Virus record (IMG/VR): IMGVR_UViG_3300032431_000003
Coordinates: 1 to 64,000 of that record
Origin: a virus
DNA length: 64,000 nucleotides
Direction: 5' to 3' (one strand)
Position 1 is the first letter of the stretch. Each line of letters begins with the position of its first letter. The notes under the pieces are model-generated. The model was not told the DNA's origin. It was given only the letters and a program-made list of their open reading frames with translations, and did not search any database. The position numbers and the translations under genes were made by a program. Shown here piece by piece: positions 9,585 to 19,006 of this stretch.

Positions 9585-9848
9585 ATGAAACCCCACTCCC
9601 GATGGAAGGAGGGAGACACTGCTCAGTTCTTCCCCCACTACTTCAACAATCCGATTCCTTGTACCATCATCGAGGTTGATCCCTGTGGGGTCGTAGTCCT
9701 CATCGTTTACCACGAACTTCCCTGAAAGCCAGAGAGACACTTGACTCGCTGGTTAAATAGATACCTAGAACCCTTCGTTCCTCGCATTGTTTTCGTTGAG
9801 GACGAGGAGGACAACAAAGATAACGAGGACAATGATGCAATTAATTGA
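9585..9848 (+). pseudogene. Small ORF interrupted by one in-frame TGA (9723-9725)
   Basis: MKPHSRWKEGD...VYHELP*KPERHLTRW...NDAIN* fills the gap between neighbours. Confidence 0.5.
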
Positions 9849-10422
9849 ACCCATGCACAAGAACGAAGTCCCAGAAGTACCTATTCTCAAGGAAGATGTT
9901 GAGATAGTTATTGAGACAAAAGACCTATTCAGAGTAGGTGGATACTACTACCTAGAGGAGGGAGTTGCCAGAGAGCGTGGCTCAACCCATGATTATTGTA
10001 TGTGCGGAAACATCAAAAGCAAGATGACATCTTGTTGTGTCTCCTGCGAACAGACATATCAATGGGCAAGATATAATGAAGCTCAAAAAGTAGAGTGGAA
10101 TGGAGAGCAGGTTTATTCTGATGCCTATGATCAATGGTTTAACAGCCCCAGTGAAGCTATTGATTGGGCGGAGTCTTCCTTTGATGAAGAATTTACCATC
10201 GATGAGATGAGGCTCTATCAGTCTCAACCCTTATATCTAGAGGAACCTAGCTGGAGCGAAATAGATGAACTGCCTGACGGGGCTGAAAGCGTAATGGACG
10301 TACTACCCCAAGATGTCAGGGAAAAGTATGATGAGCTAACCGCCTTAATTAGAGAAAAGAAGATTATTTCTTGCTATAGGGTGAGTCGGGTTGGCATTGC
10401 GGAAAGCACTGGAGACCAATGA
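9832..10422 (+). CDS. Hypothetical protein with Cys cluster (CMCG..CCVSC)
   Basis: ORF; start uncertain (9832 or 9853). Confidence 0.7.
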   Translation: MMQLIEPMHKNEVPEVPILKEDVEIVIETKDLFRVGGYYYLEEGVARERGSTHDYCMCGNIKSKMTSCCVSCEQTYQWARYNEAQKVEWNGEQVYSDAYDQWFNSPSEAIDWAESSFDEEFTIDEMRLYQSQPLYLEEPSWSEIDELPDGAESVMDVLPQDVREKYDELTALIREKKIISCYRVSRVGIAESTGDQ

Positions 10423-10934
10423 ATAACTACGACTTACGGAGAGATCGAGACCTACTAAATTACATGATTGACCGCCAAATCGCCGAACTCGAAGCAGCAA
10501 GGTCGGCAATGCTATTCCGACTAGAAGGAGTGGTTGTTCCGAAGGCTCGTCCTAGATCAACCACGACTGGTCACGTTTACACCGAACCTTCCTACGCTGA
10601 ATGGAAGTCGATGGCAACCAATGCTTTCGAGGAAATCAAAACGCTGTACCCCGACTACACCTATCCATTACAGAAGTGCAACGCCTTCTATGTTCTCGAT
10701 GGCAAATATAGTCGCAAAGGTGACGGGGATAACATTGCTGGATCGATCAATGATGCCCTCGTTGATTCCAGTGGTAAACAAGAGGCGAAGAAATTGGCGG
10801 AGAAAAGGGGACTCACTGAATACGAAAAGCCGGGGATACTCAGGGGTGACAACATAAACTGTATCCCCAGTCAAACAATCACCTTGAACTACGACAAGAA
10901 GCGACCACCGAGCTTACTAGTTTGTCTTTATTAA
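10419..10934 (+). CDS. rusA: RusA-family Holliday junction resolvase
   Basis: VPKARPR, KGDGDNIAGSINDAL, GIL.GD motifs. Confidence 0.85.
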   Translation: MNNYDLRRDRDLLNYMIDRQIAELEAARSAMLFRLEGVVVPKARPRSTTTGHVYTEPSYAEWKSMATNAFEEIKTLYPDYTYPLQKCNAFYVLDGKYSRKGDGDNIAGSINDALVDSSGKQEAKKLAEKRGLTEYEKPGILRGDNINCIPSQTITLNYDKKRPPSLLVCLY

Positions 10935-10951
10935 TGAAAGGAGTGAAGAAT

Positions 10952-11458
10952 ATGATAGCTATGACTAATGGTTCAGAAGAAGCTCAACGGGCTTACCAGC
11001 AAGCCTGTCTTGATCTGATAAAAGAGCGAGGAGTAAAGATCGAGATTTACCAAGAAGATGGTAAGACTGTCATTGGAACTTCATACGAGTTTCATGTATT
11101 TCAAGATAGCCAGCTTTCGGTCAACGTAAACATATATAGCGGCGAAGGAGAAGCATTCCCACCTTATTCTCCTTGGAGAGTCTTCGATGCGAGTGGGAGT
11201 GTCCTGATCGAGGAGATGGCTCCAGTCGAAGAAGCCAAGGCAAGAGAAGCCAGACTGCGGAAAGAGTCAGAGCGCAGCAAGATGCTGCACGGTCGCAGGG
11301 TCAGGAATCTCACCGAGCTTTGTCAATACTCCGACGAGGAAGAATTCGTCATCTTCAGCCCCAGAGAAGCTACTTTCATCTGGGAGGATGCTGCCGAACA
11401 AGTCGTGGAGGACAACTACTTCGTGGTATCTGCCGATGAAGTCGAACTAGTTGATTGA
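10952..11458 (+). CDS. Hypothetical protein, paralog family member 4
   Basis: AAGGAG RBS; KIEIYQEDG..GTS, WRVFDASG, C-terminal GRRVR..ADEVELV. Confidence 0.8.
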   Translation: MIAMTNGSEEAQRAYQQACLDLIKERGVKIEIYQEDGKTVIGTSYEFHVFQDSQLSVNVNIYSGEGEAFPPYSPWRVFDASGSVLIEEMAPVEEAKAREARLRKESERSKMLHGRRVRNLTELCQYSDEEEFVIFSPREATFIWEDAAEQVVEDNYFVVSADEVELVD

Positions 11459-11514
11459 AAAGAACAACCAAGGAACGAGAAATAATGAATAGCGGAATAA
11501 AAGGAGTGGAGAAT

Positions 11515-12018
11515 ATGGCAGCTACAACTAATGACTCAGAAGAAGCTCAACGGGCTTACCAACAAGCCTGTATTGATTCGATCAAAGGGCGGGGAGTAAG
11601 GATCGATATCTACGATGAAGACGGCGAGACTGTCATTGGAACTTCAGATAAGTTCCATCTATTTCAAGATAAGCTCTCGGTCAATGTCAATGTATATAAC
11701 AACGAAGGAAAAGCATTCCCATCTCATTCTCCTTGGAGGATATTCGATGCCAGTGGAAACGCTTTATTCGAGGAGATGGCTCCGGTCGATGAAGCCAAGA
11801 TAAGACGGCAGAAAGTACAGGAACTCAAGGAACGCAGCAAGATGCTACACGGTCGCAGAGTTAGGAATCTCACTGAACTCTGGGAATATTCCGATGACGA
11901 AGCGTACCTCATCTTCAATCCCGGCAAAGTCACCTTCATCTGGAAGGATACTGCCGAACAAAGTGTGGATGATAACTACTTTGTGATGTCTGCCGATGAA
12001 GTCGAACTAGTTGATTGA
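11515..12018 (+). CDS. Hypothetical protein, paralog family member 5
   Basis: Tandem DNA duplicate of 10952..11458; alternative start 11485. Confidence 0.8.
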   Translation: MAATTNDSEEAQRAYQQACIDSIKGRGVRIDIYDEDGETVIGTSDKFHLFQDKLSVNVNVYNNEGKAFPSHSPWRIFDASGNALFEEMAPVDEAKIRRQKVQELKERSKMLHGRRVRNLTELWEYSDDEAYLIFNPGKVTFIWKDTAEQSVDDNYFVMSADEVELVD

Positions 12019-12041
12019 AAAGAACAACCAAGGAACAAACA

Positions 12042-12569
12042 ATGAATAACGAAGAAATCAAGGAAACACTTCTGCTTCCACTTCTTGATCGGCTGGCAAA
12101 ATTCGCCACCAGAGTTGACATATTGAGCGAGGACGGGAGCCGCTTGTTGGGTACGTCTCACAGCTTTGAATTTTCTCTTGGGCAATCAATCGCAGCAGGG
12201 AGGGAAAGGTACGGGCTGAACTTAGTTCTAGGGGACTGGACTGGGAATGGCTTCTCTAGTATTTCTCCTTACAAAGTTTACGACGAAGGGGGAGAGCTGT
12301 TATTTCACGAACCCAGAGAAGAGGCGAGAATAATTCTAGAGTCTCTCCTCACACTTTCCAAGGAAAGGAGCGCAAAAGGCGAATCTTTTGATGGTAAAAG
12401 AGTGCGAGTCACAACCCAGTACCATAGTGCGCCCGGAGGCATTGTCATTGAATCGGGAACTGTTTTTGTATGGCAAAATGATCGACTAGAGCAGGAAGTG
12501 GGTGGTCGATTAATTGACATCCCTGCCGATGAAGTCGAACTAGTGGAGGGCAAAGATGAGCAAAGTTAA
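12042..12569 (+). CDS. Hypothetical protein, paralog family member 6
   Basis: RVDILSEDG..GTS, YKVYDEGG, GKRVR..ADEVELV. Confidence 0.8.
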   Translation: MNNEEIKETLLLPLLDRLAKFATRVDILSEDGSRLLGTSHSFEFSLGQSIAAGRERYGLNLVLGDWTGNGFSSISPYKVYDEGGELLFHEPREEARIILESLLTLSKERSAKGESFDGKRVRVTTQYHSAPGGIVIESGTVFVWQNDRLEQEVGGRLIDIPADEVELVEGKDEQS

Positions 12570-12690
12570 GCGATGGAGATCGAAGAAAGCATCGAAGATA
12601 AAGGTCCTCCTTAGGAGGGCTGGTGCGACACTGATACGCTCAGGAGAAGTCCACGACTGGCTAACGAAACTACTGAAGGAGGAGAATTAA
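12556..12690 (+). CDS. 44-aa basic ORF, weak resemblance to a truncated HicA N-terminus
   Basis: MSKVKRWRSKKASKIKVLLRRAGATLIRSGEVHDWLTKLLKEEN; GGAGG RBS; fills gap. Confidence 0.45.
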   Translation: MSKVKRWRSKKASKIKVLLRRAGATLIRSGEVHDWLTKLLKEEN

Positions 12691-12692
12691 CC

Positions 12693-13190
12693 ATGACCAA
12701 TGAAAGTCTCGACGCAATCTCTGAAAACATCAAGGCACTCAAAGAGCAGTACACCGCTACAGTGAAAAAGGGTATCTCTGACGCTGTGACTAGTTTCCTG
12801 ACTGAGAACGAAGAGGTCAGGGCAATTCAGTGGACTCAAGAGACCCATTACTCCGAAGAGGGTGATCCATCCGGCTTTAGCATCTCTGCCTTCACTTTCT
12901 TTTTCAAGTCGCCACTAGACACAGAAGACCTGTTAGACGACTTGGATAACTGGGACGAAGGCTTTTATGAATACAGCGACTTCAAGCGAGACTACCTTTT
13001 GAGATGGTTAGATCGTTTTGGGGTCAACATCCCCCTTTCTCGGCTCACAGAAATCCAACTTAGCTTCGGGCTTCTATCGGGTTTTTTGATGGATATTGAG
13101 GGATACGTTTATCTAAGTCTATTCGGATACAATACCCAAGTAACCGTGACCAAGGACGGATTCACTATAGCCGAACATGACCCCGATTGA
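12693..13190 (+). CDS. Phage hypothetical protein
   Basis: GGAGGAG RBS; VRAIQWTQ..EGDP motif. Confidence 0.8.
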   Translation: MTNESLDAISENIKALKEQYTATVKKGISDAVTSFLTENEEVRAIQWTQETHYSEEGDPSGFSISAFTFFFKSPLDTEDLLDDLDNWDEGFYEYSDFKRDYLLRWLDRFGVNIPLSRLTEIQLSFGLLSGFLMDIEGYVYLSLFGYNTQVTVTKDGFTIAEHDPD

Positions 13191-13527
13191 TTTACCTAAA
13201 GGAGAGAAAATAATGACTAAGGATAAAGATCAGCCAGAGAAAACAGAGTTTGTCGTTGGTAAGCCATGCTGGATCACAAAGTTCGCATTGGGCAGAGGTA
13301 TCGAGGAGAACATCATAGCCAGTGTCTCTGAGGGCTTTGCTTGGATCAAGGCTTATCCAGATACGGGGAGTCCTTTTGATCACGAATCCATTAGAGCTTT
13401 CTGTGCTGGAACCGAAGTGTTCGCTACTCGCAAGGAAGCCATCGAATATGCCGAAGGAATGAAGACAAAGAGAATCGTTGCCCTTCAGCGAGAATTCGAC
13501 AAATTAAAAGCACTGAAGTTTAACTAG
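13177..13527 (+). CDS. Hypothetical protein
   Basis: ORF; likely start 13213 after AAGGAG. Confidence 0.7.
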   Translation: MTPIDLPKGEKIMTKDKDQPEKTEFVVGKPCWITKFALGRGIEENIIASVSEGFAWIKAYPDTGSPFDHESIRAFCAGTEVFATRKEAIEYAEGMKTKRIVALQREFDKLKALKFN

Positions 13528-13543
13528 ATTAGTAGGAGAGATT

Positions 13544-14077
13544 ATGACTGAGAACATTGATGTGTCGAAGGAAGACAATGAACCCATAGCATACGAAGTG
13601 GCAATGAAGAGACTCTCAAAAGCCAGAGGAAAGGCTGCTTGTTATTACTCAGTCACAGAGGTTCTTTGGAGTAGAGAACTCGAAGAAAAGGCTACTCAAC
13701 CCGTATTCCTTGAATCACTACGCCGGAAGATCGAGGTAATCTCCCCAAGGACTCTGAACAAGGGACTGCCTATGGGTTACATGATGCAGTGGCACGAGTC
13801 GTGGACAAGATTGAGGGAGGAATTGTACAACCCTTACTCTTACGAGTATTCCTTCAATGAATTCTTGGCTATTCGTGGAGACGGACATGTTCTGGAAGCT
13901 CTCGCTATTCCACTCGAAATACCCAACTCTCCTAGTTCTGCTCGGCAAGATACGGAGGGAGGCAAGCCAACGATTTACCACGAAGATCACTGGCAGACAC
14001 TGCGGCATCTTGAAGAAGGAGGCTGGGATATTTCCTTGGTGGAATCGTCGAACTTCTTTTTCGGCTCGACAAGGTAA
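13544..14077 (+). CDS. Hypothetical protein, paralog of 14114..14800 and 21560..22225
   Basis: Shared IEVISP..LN.GLP.GY.MQWHES motif; duplicated upstream 40-mer. Confidence 0.8.
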   Translation: MTENIDVSKEDNEPIAYEVAMKRLSKARGKAACYYSVTEVLWSRELEEKATQPVFLESLRRKIEVISPRTLNKGLPMGYMMQWHESWTRLREELYNPYSYEYSFNEFLAIRGDGHVLEALAIPLEIPNSPSSARQDTEGGKPTIYHEDHWQTLRHLEEGGWDISLVESSNFFFGSTR

Positions 14078-14113
14078 AAGCACTGAAGTTTAACTAGATT
14101 AGTAGGAGAGATT

Positions 14114-14800
14114 ATGTTTGCAAACATTAATGAGTGGAAAGAAGAGTTGAAGGAAAACAGCAAGCGCATCGCCTACGAAGTGGCAATGGAAAGACCCTCA
14201 AAGGACACCGGAAAGGCTGGCTGCTCTTACTCAACTACAGAGGTTCTTTGGAGTAGAGAACTCGAAGAGAAGGCTGTTCAAAGGATATTCATTAAATCGC
14301 TGGGCAAGGAGATCGAGGTAATTTCTCCCAAGGTTCTCAATGAGGGATTGCCCCTGGGCTACAAGATGCAGTGGCATGAGTCGTACAGGAAGTTGAGGAA
14401 GGAGGTTTACAATCCATATTTGCGTAACTATTCTTTTGATGAATTCTTGGTCATTATCGAAGACGGCAAATTACTGGAAGATACAATGGATATCTGGCTG
14501 GAAATACCAAACAACCCCAATGATTACTATTCGGATGAAGATGGTAACAGCCCAGCAGTCTGCCACGAAGAGTACTGGGAAATCCTCTGGGGCATTGATG
14601 ACTCTTGGGACAGTTGGCAAGAGGCTGTCCGAGAGTTCTTCCATTCAAAGGTAGATGAGGCAATGAAGGCGAGGCTGTCCTCAAGGGGAGAGTTAGACCG
14701 ACCTGAAGCTCTTGAAGTGGAGATTGAGAAGCTGGCAAGGCTGATTTATACAGAAGCCCAGTCTAGATCGTCTTCCACCAAATCCCCCCGACTTGAGTAA
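14114..14800 (+). CDS. Hypothetical protein, tandem paralog of 13544..14077
   Basis: DNA and protein duplication. Confidence 0.8.
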   Translation: MFANINEWKEELKENSKRIAYEVAMERPSKDTGKAGCSYSTTEVLWSRELEEKAVQRIFIKSLGKEIEVISPKVLNEGLPLGYKMQWHESYRKLRKEVYNPYLRNYSFDEFLVIIEDGKLLEDTMDIWLEIPNNPNDYYSDEDGNSPAVCHEEYWEILWGIDDSWDSWQEAVREFFHSKVDEAMKARLSSRGELDRPEALEVEIEKLARLIYTEAQSRSSSTKSPRLE

Positions 14801-15758
14801 ATTCGTCATCCAGAGGGTCAACCCAAGTAGCAACAATACCCCCGCCCTTGAGCGTCCTTGCCCACACGAGGACATCTCTGGCGGGGTTATCTGTGATTAG
14901 AGCTTGAAAGAAGTTTGGGTAGTATTCGTAATGTAATGGCAATTTGTCAACCGTGTCGCAGGTATCGCAGCCTACAGAGTGGATCAGTGTTCCTCCCAGC
15001 CATTCAGGGCAGTTGATCAGCATCGCCCGACCCCAGACACTCTCTTGGAGGAAAGCCATAGCACTCCAGTCCCACGCACTGCTTCCTGCGATAGCGTTGA
15101 ACCCATCGGCTTGACGTTGACTCAAGATAGATTGGTGTTGATAAAGTAGATCGCCAATGACTGACTTAGCAAAAGGTAGAGACGACAACCGTGTAGAACT
15201 TGCTCGAAGTGTTGAACTACTGATTCTCGTAGAACACATTGGATAGTCAACGTGAGCCAAGGTGTCAAGGATTAACCATCGATCAGTTCCTCCTAGTAAT
15301 CTCCGCCCCATCCTTGCTAGTCCTTGAGGAGCTTTGACAACCATCTGATAAAGTAAGTGCCGACTAAATAGAGCGGCATCAATAGTTACCGGACAGGCTC
15401 CCGTAGCAATCTCTTCAATAACCGTCCGGTTCGATTCACAGTTGATGACTACCTCCGTCTCTCCTTGTCGCTGAGAATCTAAGTACATTGGTCTCAGAGA
15501 AGCATTGAGACAGTCGAAGTTCTTCGTTGGATAAATCCGGCTCCCCGGTGTTATAAACTGAACGTAGTCGTCTCGAATGTCGGCAATAACTTCAGCCAAG
15601 GGCTTCTCAACGCAAACTTCGCCATCAAAGCTTCCTTTGCCCCAATTGAGAACCAAGACGTTCACCGGAATCACTGACTCCTTGGCGTTAACAATGCGTG
15701 ACTTCGTTTCTGCTTCGTTTTGCCAATGTGGAATACAAACCGTAATACTGTAGCTCAT
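14763..15758 (-). CDS. Degenerate GT2-like protein with possible C-terminal methyltransferase-like remnant
   Basis: SITVCIP first strand, YVQFITPG where a DxD is expected, ALFSR..GGTDRWL, C-terminal ARTLKGGG. Confidence 0.55.
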   Translation of the reverse strand: MSYSITVCIPHWQNEAETKSRIVNAKESVIPVNVLVLNWGKGSFDGEVCVEKPLAEVIADIRDDYVQFITPGSRIYPTKNFDCLNASLRPMYLDSQRQGETEVVINCESNRTVIEEIATGACPVTIDAALFSRHLLYQMVVKAPQGLARMGRRLLGGTDRWLILDTLAHVDYPMCSTRISSSTLRASSTRLSSLPFAKSVIGDLLYQHQSILSQRQADGFNAIAGSSAWDWSAMAFLQESVWGRAMLINCPEWLGGTLIHSVGCDTCDTVDKLPLHYEYYPNFFQALITDNPARDVLVWARTLKGGGIVATWVDPLDDEFTQVGGIWWKTI

Positions 15759-16470
15759 GGATATCCCCGTAACAATCGTCATTCCCTGTCATAATAGCTC
15801 AGAGACAATAGCCAAGACTATATCCGCAGCGATAGGGCAGGGCTTCTCTGAGGTTATCTGCGTGAACAACAATAGCACCGACGATACTGTTATTAAGTTG
15901 GAAAAACTCCCAGTGCTTATCGTAGAGGAAAAGCGACAGGGAACTACCTGGGCAAGGAGAGCCGGAGTTGCTTGCGCCGAAACTCAGTGGGTTGCAGTGA
16001 TTGACGATGACATCGTGTTGGAGACTGGTTGGTTGAAATCTATGAGGGATTTCATTGAGAACGTGGCTCCTACTGCCGTGGCTGTTACTGGACACGTCTA
16101 TACTCCATTGCCTCCTCATCTGCTTTGGGCGAGGTCTGTGCTGGCTTGTAATTGCTCAATAGATACCCAAGAATACTATCGACATTCACAACCTTTGGGG
16201 TCGGCTACGTTTGTTCGCCGTGACATTTTTCTAAGGCACACTCAGAATCCAGTGCTGGTAGGCAGGGACGACATCAATGGCACTCTCATTGGCTGCGGTG
16301 AAGACATCGAAGTTTTTACAAAAATAATGAGAGCCGGAGGCAGGATGTTCCATAACGCAGAAGCCAAAGCTCTCCATGAAATCGAAGAATGGCGCAAGGA
16401 TTACAACTACTTGATGAGGCTAAAAACAGCCTATTCAAACAGGAAATACCTTGACACTTATTGGACCTAA
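15757..16470 (+). CDS. Glycosyltransferase family 2
   Basis: VTIVIPCHN, VNNNSTDDT, G..WARRAG, VAVIDDD (DxD), GEDIE. Confidence 0.9.
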   Translation: MDIPVTIVIPCHNSSETIAKTISAAIGQGFSEVICVNNNSTDDTVIKLEKLPVLIVEEKRQGTTWARRAGVACAETQWVAVIDDDIVLETGWLKSMRDFIENVAPTAVAVTGHVYTPLPPHLLWARSVLACNCSIDTQEYYRHSQPLGSATFVRRDIFLRHTQNPVLVGRDDINGTLIGCGEDIEVFTKIMRAGGRMFHNAEAKALHEIEEWRKDYNYLMRLKTAYSNRKYLDTYWT

Positions 16471-18959
16471 AACCATGCGGTCGTTGAATGAACAATAAAG
16501 GTTGAATCCCCTCGCTCCTTGCCTAATGGGTGGATATCCCTCGTTTCAGGGTTATTCCACGAGAAGCTTCCTGATCCGGTAAATTTTCCCGAAAGAATGA
16601 CCCCTATCCCTTCCCGATAGCAATAACTTGCCTCGCTGCTGGGGAAGGCGGAAACAAGTATTCTCCCGTTGTCGTAAAAGCAGTACGCTGGATCACCCAA
16701 AGGTCTAATTACATTAAGGAATGGGGTTTGATATTTGTTGGCGGTATCAGGCTGTGGTTGCTGTATTGACATCGATCTAGTATATGGATCAGCTAAGTCA
16801 GCGTACCCCAGAGACGGCAAAGTTAAAAGCCCAGTAAAGCCGTTCAAAGAAAGAGCGAGTGAGGTTGCTCCAGTGTTGTCTATTTTCCCAGTGAAAACTG
16901 CCGAGCCAGTGAGAGGCTTTGGCTGCGCTGCCTCACTAAAAGACATGGATTGAATTGAGATAACGCCTGATGACTTGCCGCCTACTACCGCAGCAGAGGC
17001 AGCGGAAACAGAGTGAATCGTTCCCAGCGTAAATACCGAAGAAGGGACTCCCGGAACCGAGGAAGGATCGGGTAAGAAGGAGGCTGAAGGCATCTTAATT
17101 AACAAGGTTGGCAACCCGTTGAGTTCACCGATAGACCTGCTGTATTTTGGAGACTCAGGATACTCCCCTACTCCAGAGTATTCAGACTCAGCAGTAAAGA
17201 ATGATGGGCTTGAGTAACTAGTTCCAACTTGACTTAGTACAGACACAAATCCTAGTGGAGTTTCAACGTTAACCCCATTCCAGTAAATTTCCTCTTTGCG
17301 ATCATTGTCCATCTGAGTGTATCGGAAAGTTAGCCGATCTCCTCCGTTAATGCCGACGGCGAGGCACACTTCTCTACTTTCCCTTGCAGACAACGTTGGT
17401 GGATCGACATCAACTTGCGTTGAAACGTCGGTAGAAGAGCAGGAAGCCGTTGCTCCACGGTCAACCCAAGACTCGCCTCGATAGCTGTAAGTAGATACAG
17501 TTGTCATTGTCAATCCAAGCGCACCACTGGCGACTCCAGTACCAACAACCTTGAGACTGATAGTCCCCGGTCTGTCCGAGTATTCCCCATTGTTGACAAG
17601 GAACGACAAAGTGGTCAGATCGTAGCCACCAGAAATTGTTCTCGTGACTCCACCGGGGATTACAGTGTCGTAGGAAGGAACCGCACATGACACAATCACT
17701 CGCACAGGAGTTGCTGGCTGGCAAATACGTGGTCCGGGTACGCTTTCCTCAGAGGGAGTCGATGGACTTCTCTGCCATCCCCATCCCGAAATGGCGTAGG
17801 TAGTACCGTAGTTAGTCAAAAAAGGGGCGGCATATTCTAAAGACCAAAGAGTATCCCCTACTTGCCACGACACAACCCCCGCATACAGGTTACTAACCTT
17901 GCTTGAACCCATGCTCGGAGAATTAAACCGTCCATCTCGAACTGTGGTTTCCCCAGTCACCGGAGGTATGTTCCCCAAAGGCAGCAATGAATCAATCTTT
18001 GATTGAGGGATGTCATCGATCCAAGATCGTCCCCCTGCGCGAATAATTGCATCCCTGTAGTCCTTGACTTTTTGCCAAGCACCCTTGTCACCATGTAAGC
18101 CAAGGGATGTCTCCGAACTACGATGCACTGTCACCGTTGTCATGGGACCATTCACGCACTCACCAGAACGCATCCGAGTGTCGTAACAGACCTCCGCCTT
18201 CTTTATTGTCCGACTCTTTGAAATGTTTATATCCTTGACCTGCCCAGTTCCCAAAACGAAGCTAGGTCTATTTACCGTAAATGTAGATGTCTTTATTACG
18301 GACTCCCCTACCGACTCTACCACTTCAGACGTATCCATTGTTGGCGCAATGAACGTCCCCGCACTCCACATCCCGAACCCGTTGTAAGTTAATAAAGGGA
18401 ATATCTCATCCGTTGTATCCGTCCAACTCCTCTTTCCTGACTCTGTAGCGGTAATATGCCAGATGGTAACTGCCGTACCTGCCTGAAGAGCCAATGCTAC
18501 CACCCACTTGTCTTCGCCTTCTCCGGTAGCACTGATATACGCTGCCTTGACTACGCTAGACTCGCTGGTTTCATGGACTTTCTTTGGCGACAATCGATCA
18601 CCGCCAATATAAAATACTCGACTGCCGCCCACTATCTTAGAAAAAAGTACTTTTATGTACTTTCCACTCTTAGTGGGATTGTTTGCTCTTGATTGGCGGA
18701 AGGTCGTTGTTTGCTGGGAAATCAATGTACTAGCGTTTCCCGACATGGCAATGTATGTGCCGTCCTCAAGTCGGAATAGAGAACACTGCCCACCAGAGCA
18801 GTCATTGCCAGCCTTGGCGGTCACTGTCTTGCCATTGGGTAACTTTGCTGTCACCGTTCCCCCGGTACTCGCTGAACTGGTTAGTTGCCCTAGCTGAAAG
18901 TTGCTTTGAGAATCAATGAGCTCTTGGAGCTTCCGGGCTACGCTATCTTTGCTTGTCAT
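16467..18959 (-). CDS. Large Ser/Thr/Gly-rich putative tail-associated virion protein
   Basis: 830 aa, beta-rich composition, same strand as tail module. Confidence 0.55.
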   Translation of the reverse strand: MTSKDSVARKLQELIDSQSNFQLGQLTSSASTGGTVTAKLPNGKTVTAKAGNDCSGGQCSLFRLEDGTYIAMSGNASTLISQQTTTFRQSRANNPTKSGKYIKVLFSKIVGGSRVFYIGGDRLSPKKVHETSESSVVKAAYISATGEGEDKWVVALALQAGTAVTIWHITATESGKRSWTDTTDEIFPLLTYNGFGMWSAGTFIAPTMDTSEVVESVGESVIKTSTFTVNRPSFVLGTGQVKDINISKSRTIKKAEVCYDTRMRSGECVNGPMTTVTVHRSSETSLGLHGDKGAWQKVKDYRDAIIRAGGRSWIDDIPQSKIDSLLPLGNIPPVTGETTVRDGRFNSPSMGSSKVSNLYAGVVSWQVGDTLWSLEYAAPFLTNYGTTYAISGWGWQRSPSTPSEESVPGPRICQPATPVRVIVSCAVPSYDTVIPGGVTRTISGGYDLTTLSFLVNNGEYSDRPGTISLKVVGTGVASGALGLTMTTVSTYSYRGESWVDRGATASCSSTDVSTQVDVDPPTLSARESREVCLAVGINGGDRLTFRYTQMDNDRKEEIYWNGVNVETPLGFVSVLSQVGTSYSSPSFFTAESEYSGVGEYPESPKYSRSIGELNGLPTLLIKMPSASFLPDPSSVPGVPSSVFTLGTIHSVSAASAAVVGGKSSGVISIQSMSFSEAAQPKPLTGSAVFTGKIDNTGATSLALSLNGFTGLLTLPSLGYADLADPYTRSMSIQQPQPDTANKYQTPFLNVIRPLGDPAYCFYDNGRILVSAFPSSEASYCYREGIGVILSGKFTGSGSFSWNNPETRDIHPLGKERGDSTFIVHSTTAWF

Positions 18960-19006
18960 AAATAGTTTAAGTTGTTCAATCCAAGAAGACGAAGGAATCG
19001 AAGATA

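Noticed and set aside
9723-9725. Genome-wide stop-codon reassignment (TGA)
   Set aside because: Many well-supported genes (ssb, thyX, dcd, kinase) end at TGA at expected lengths
12556-12690. Functional HicA toxin-antitoxin module
   Set aside because: ORF is too short, GSH motif is altered, and no HicB partner is recognisable
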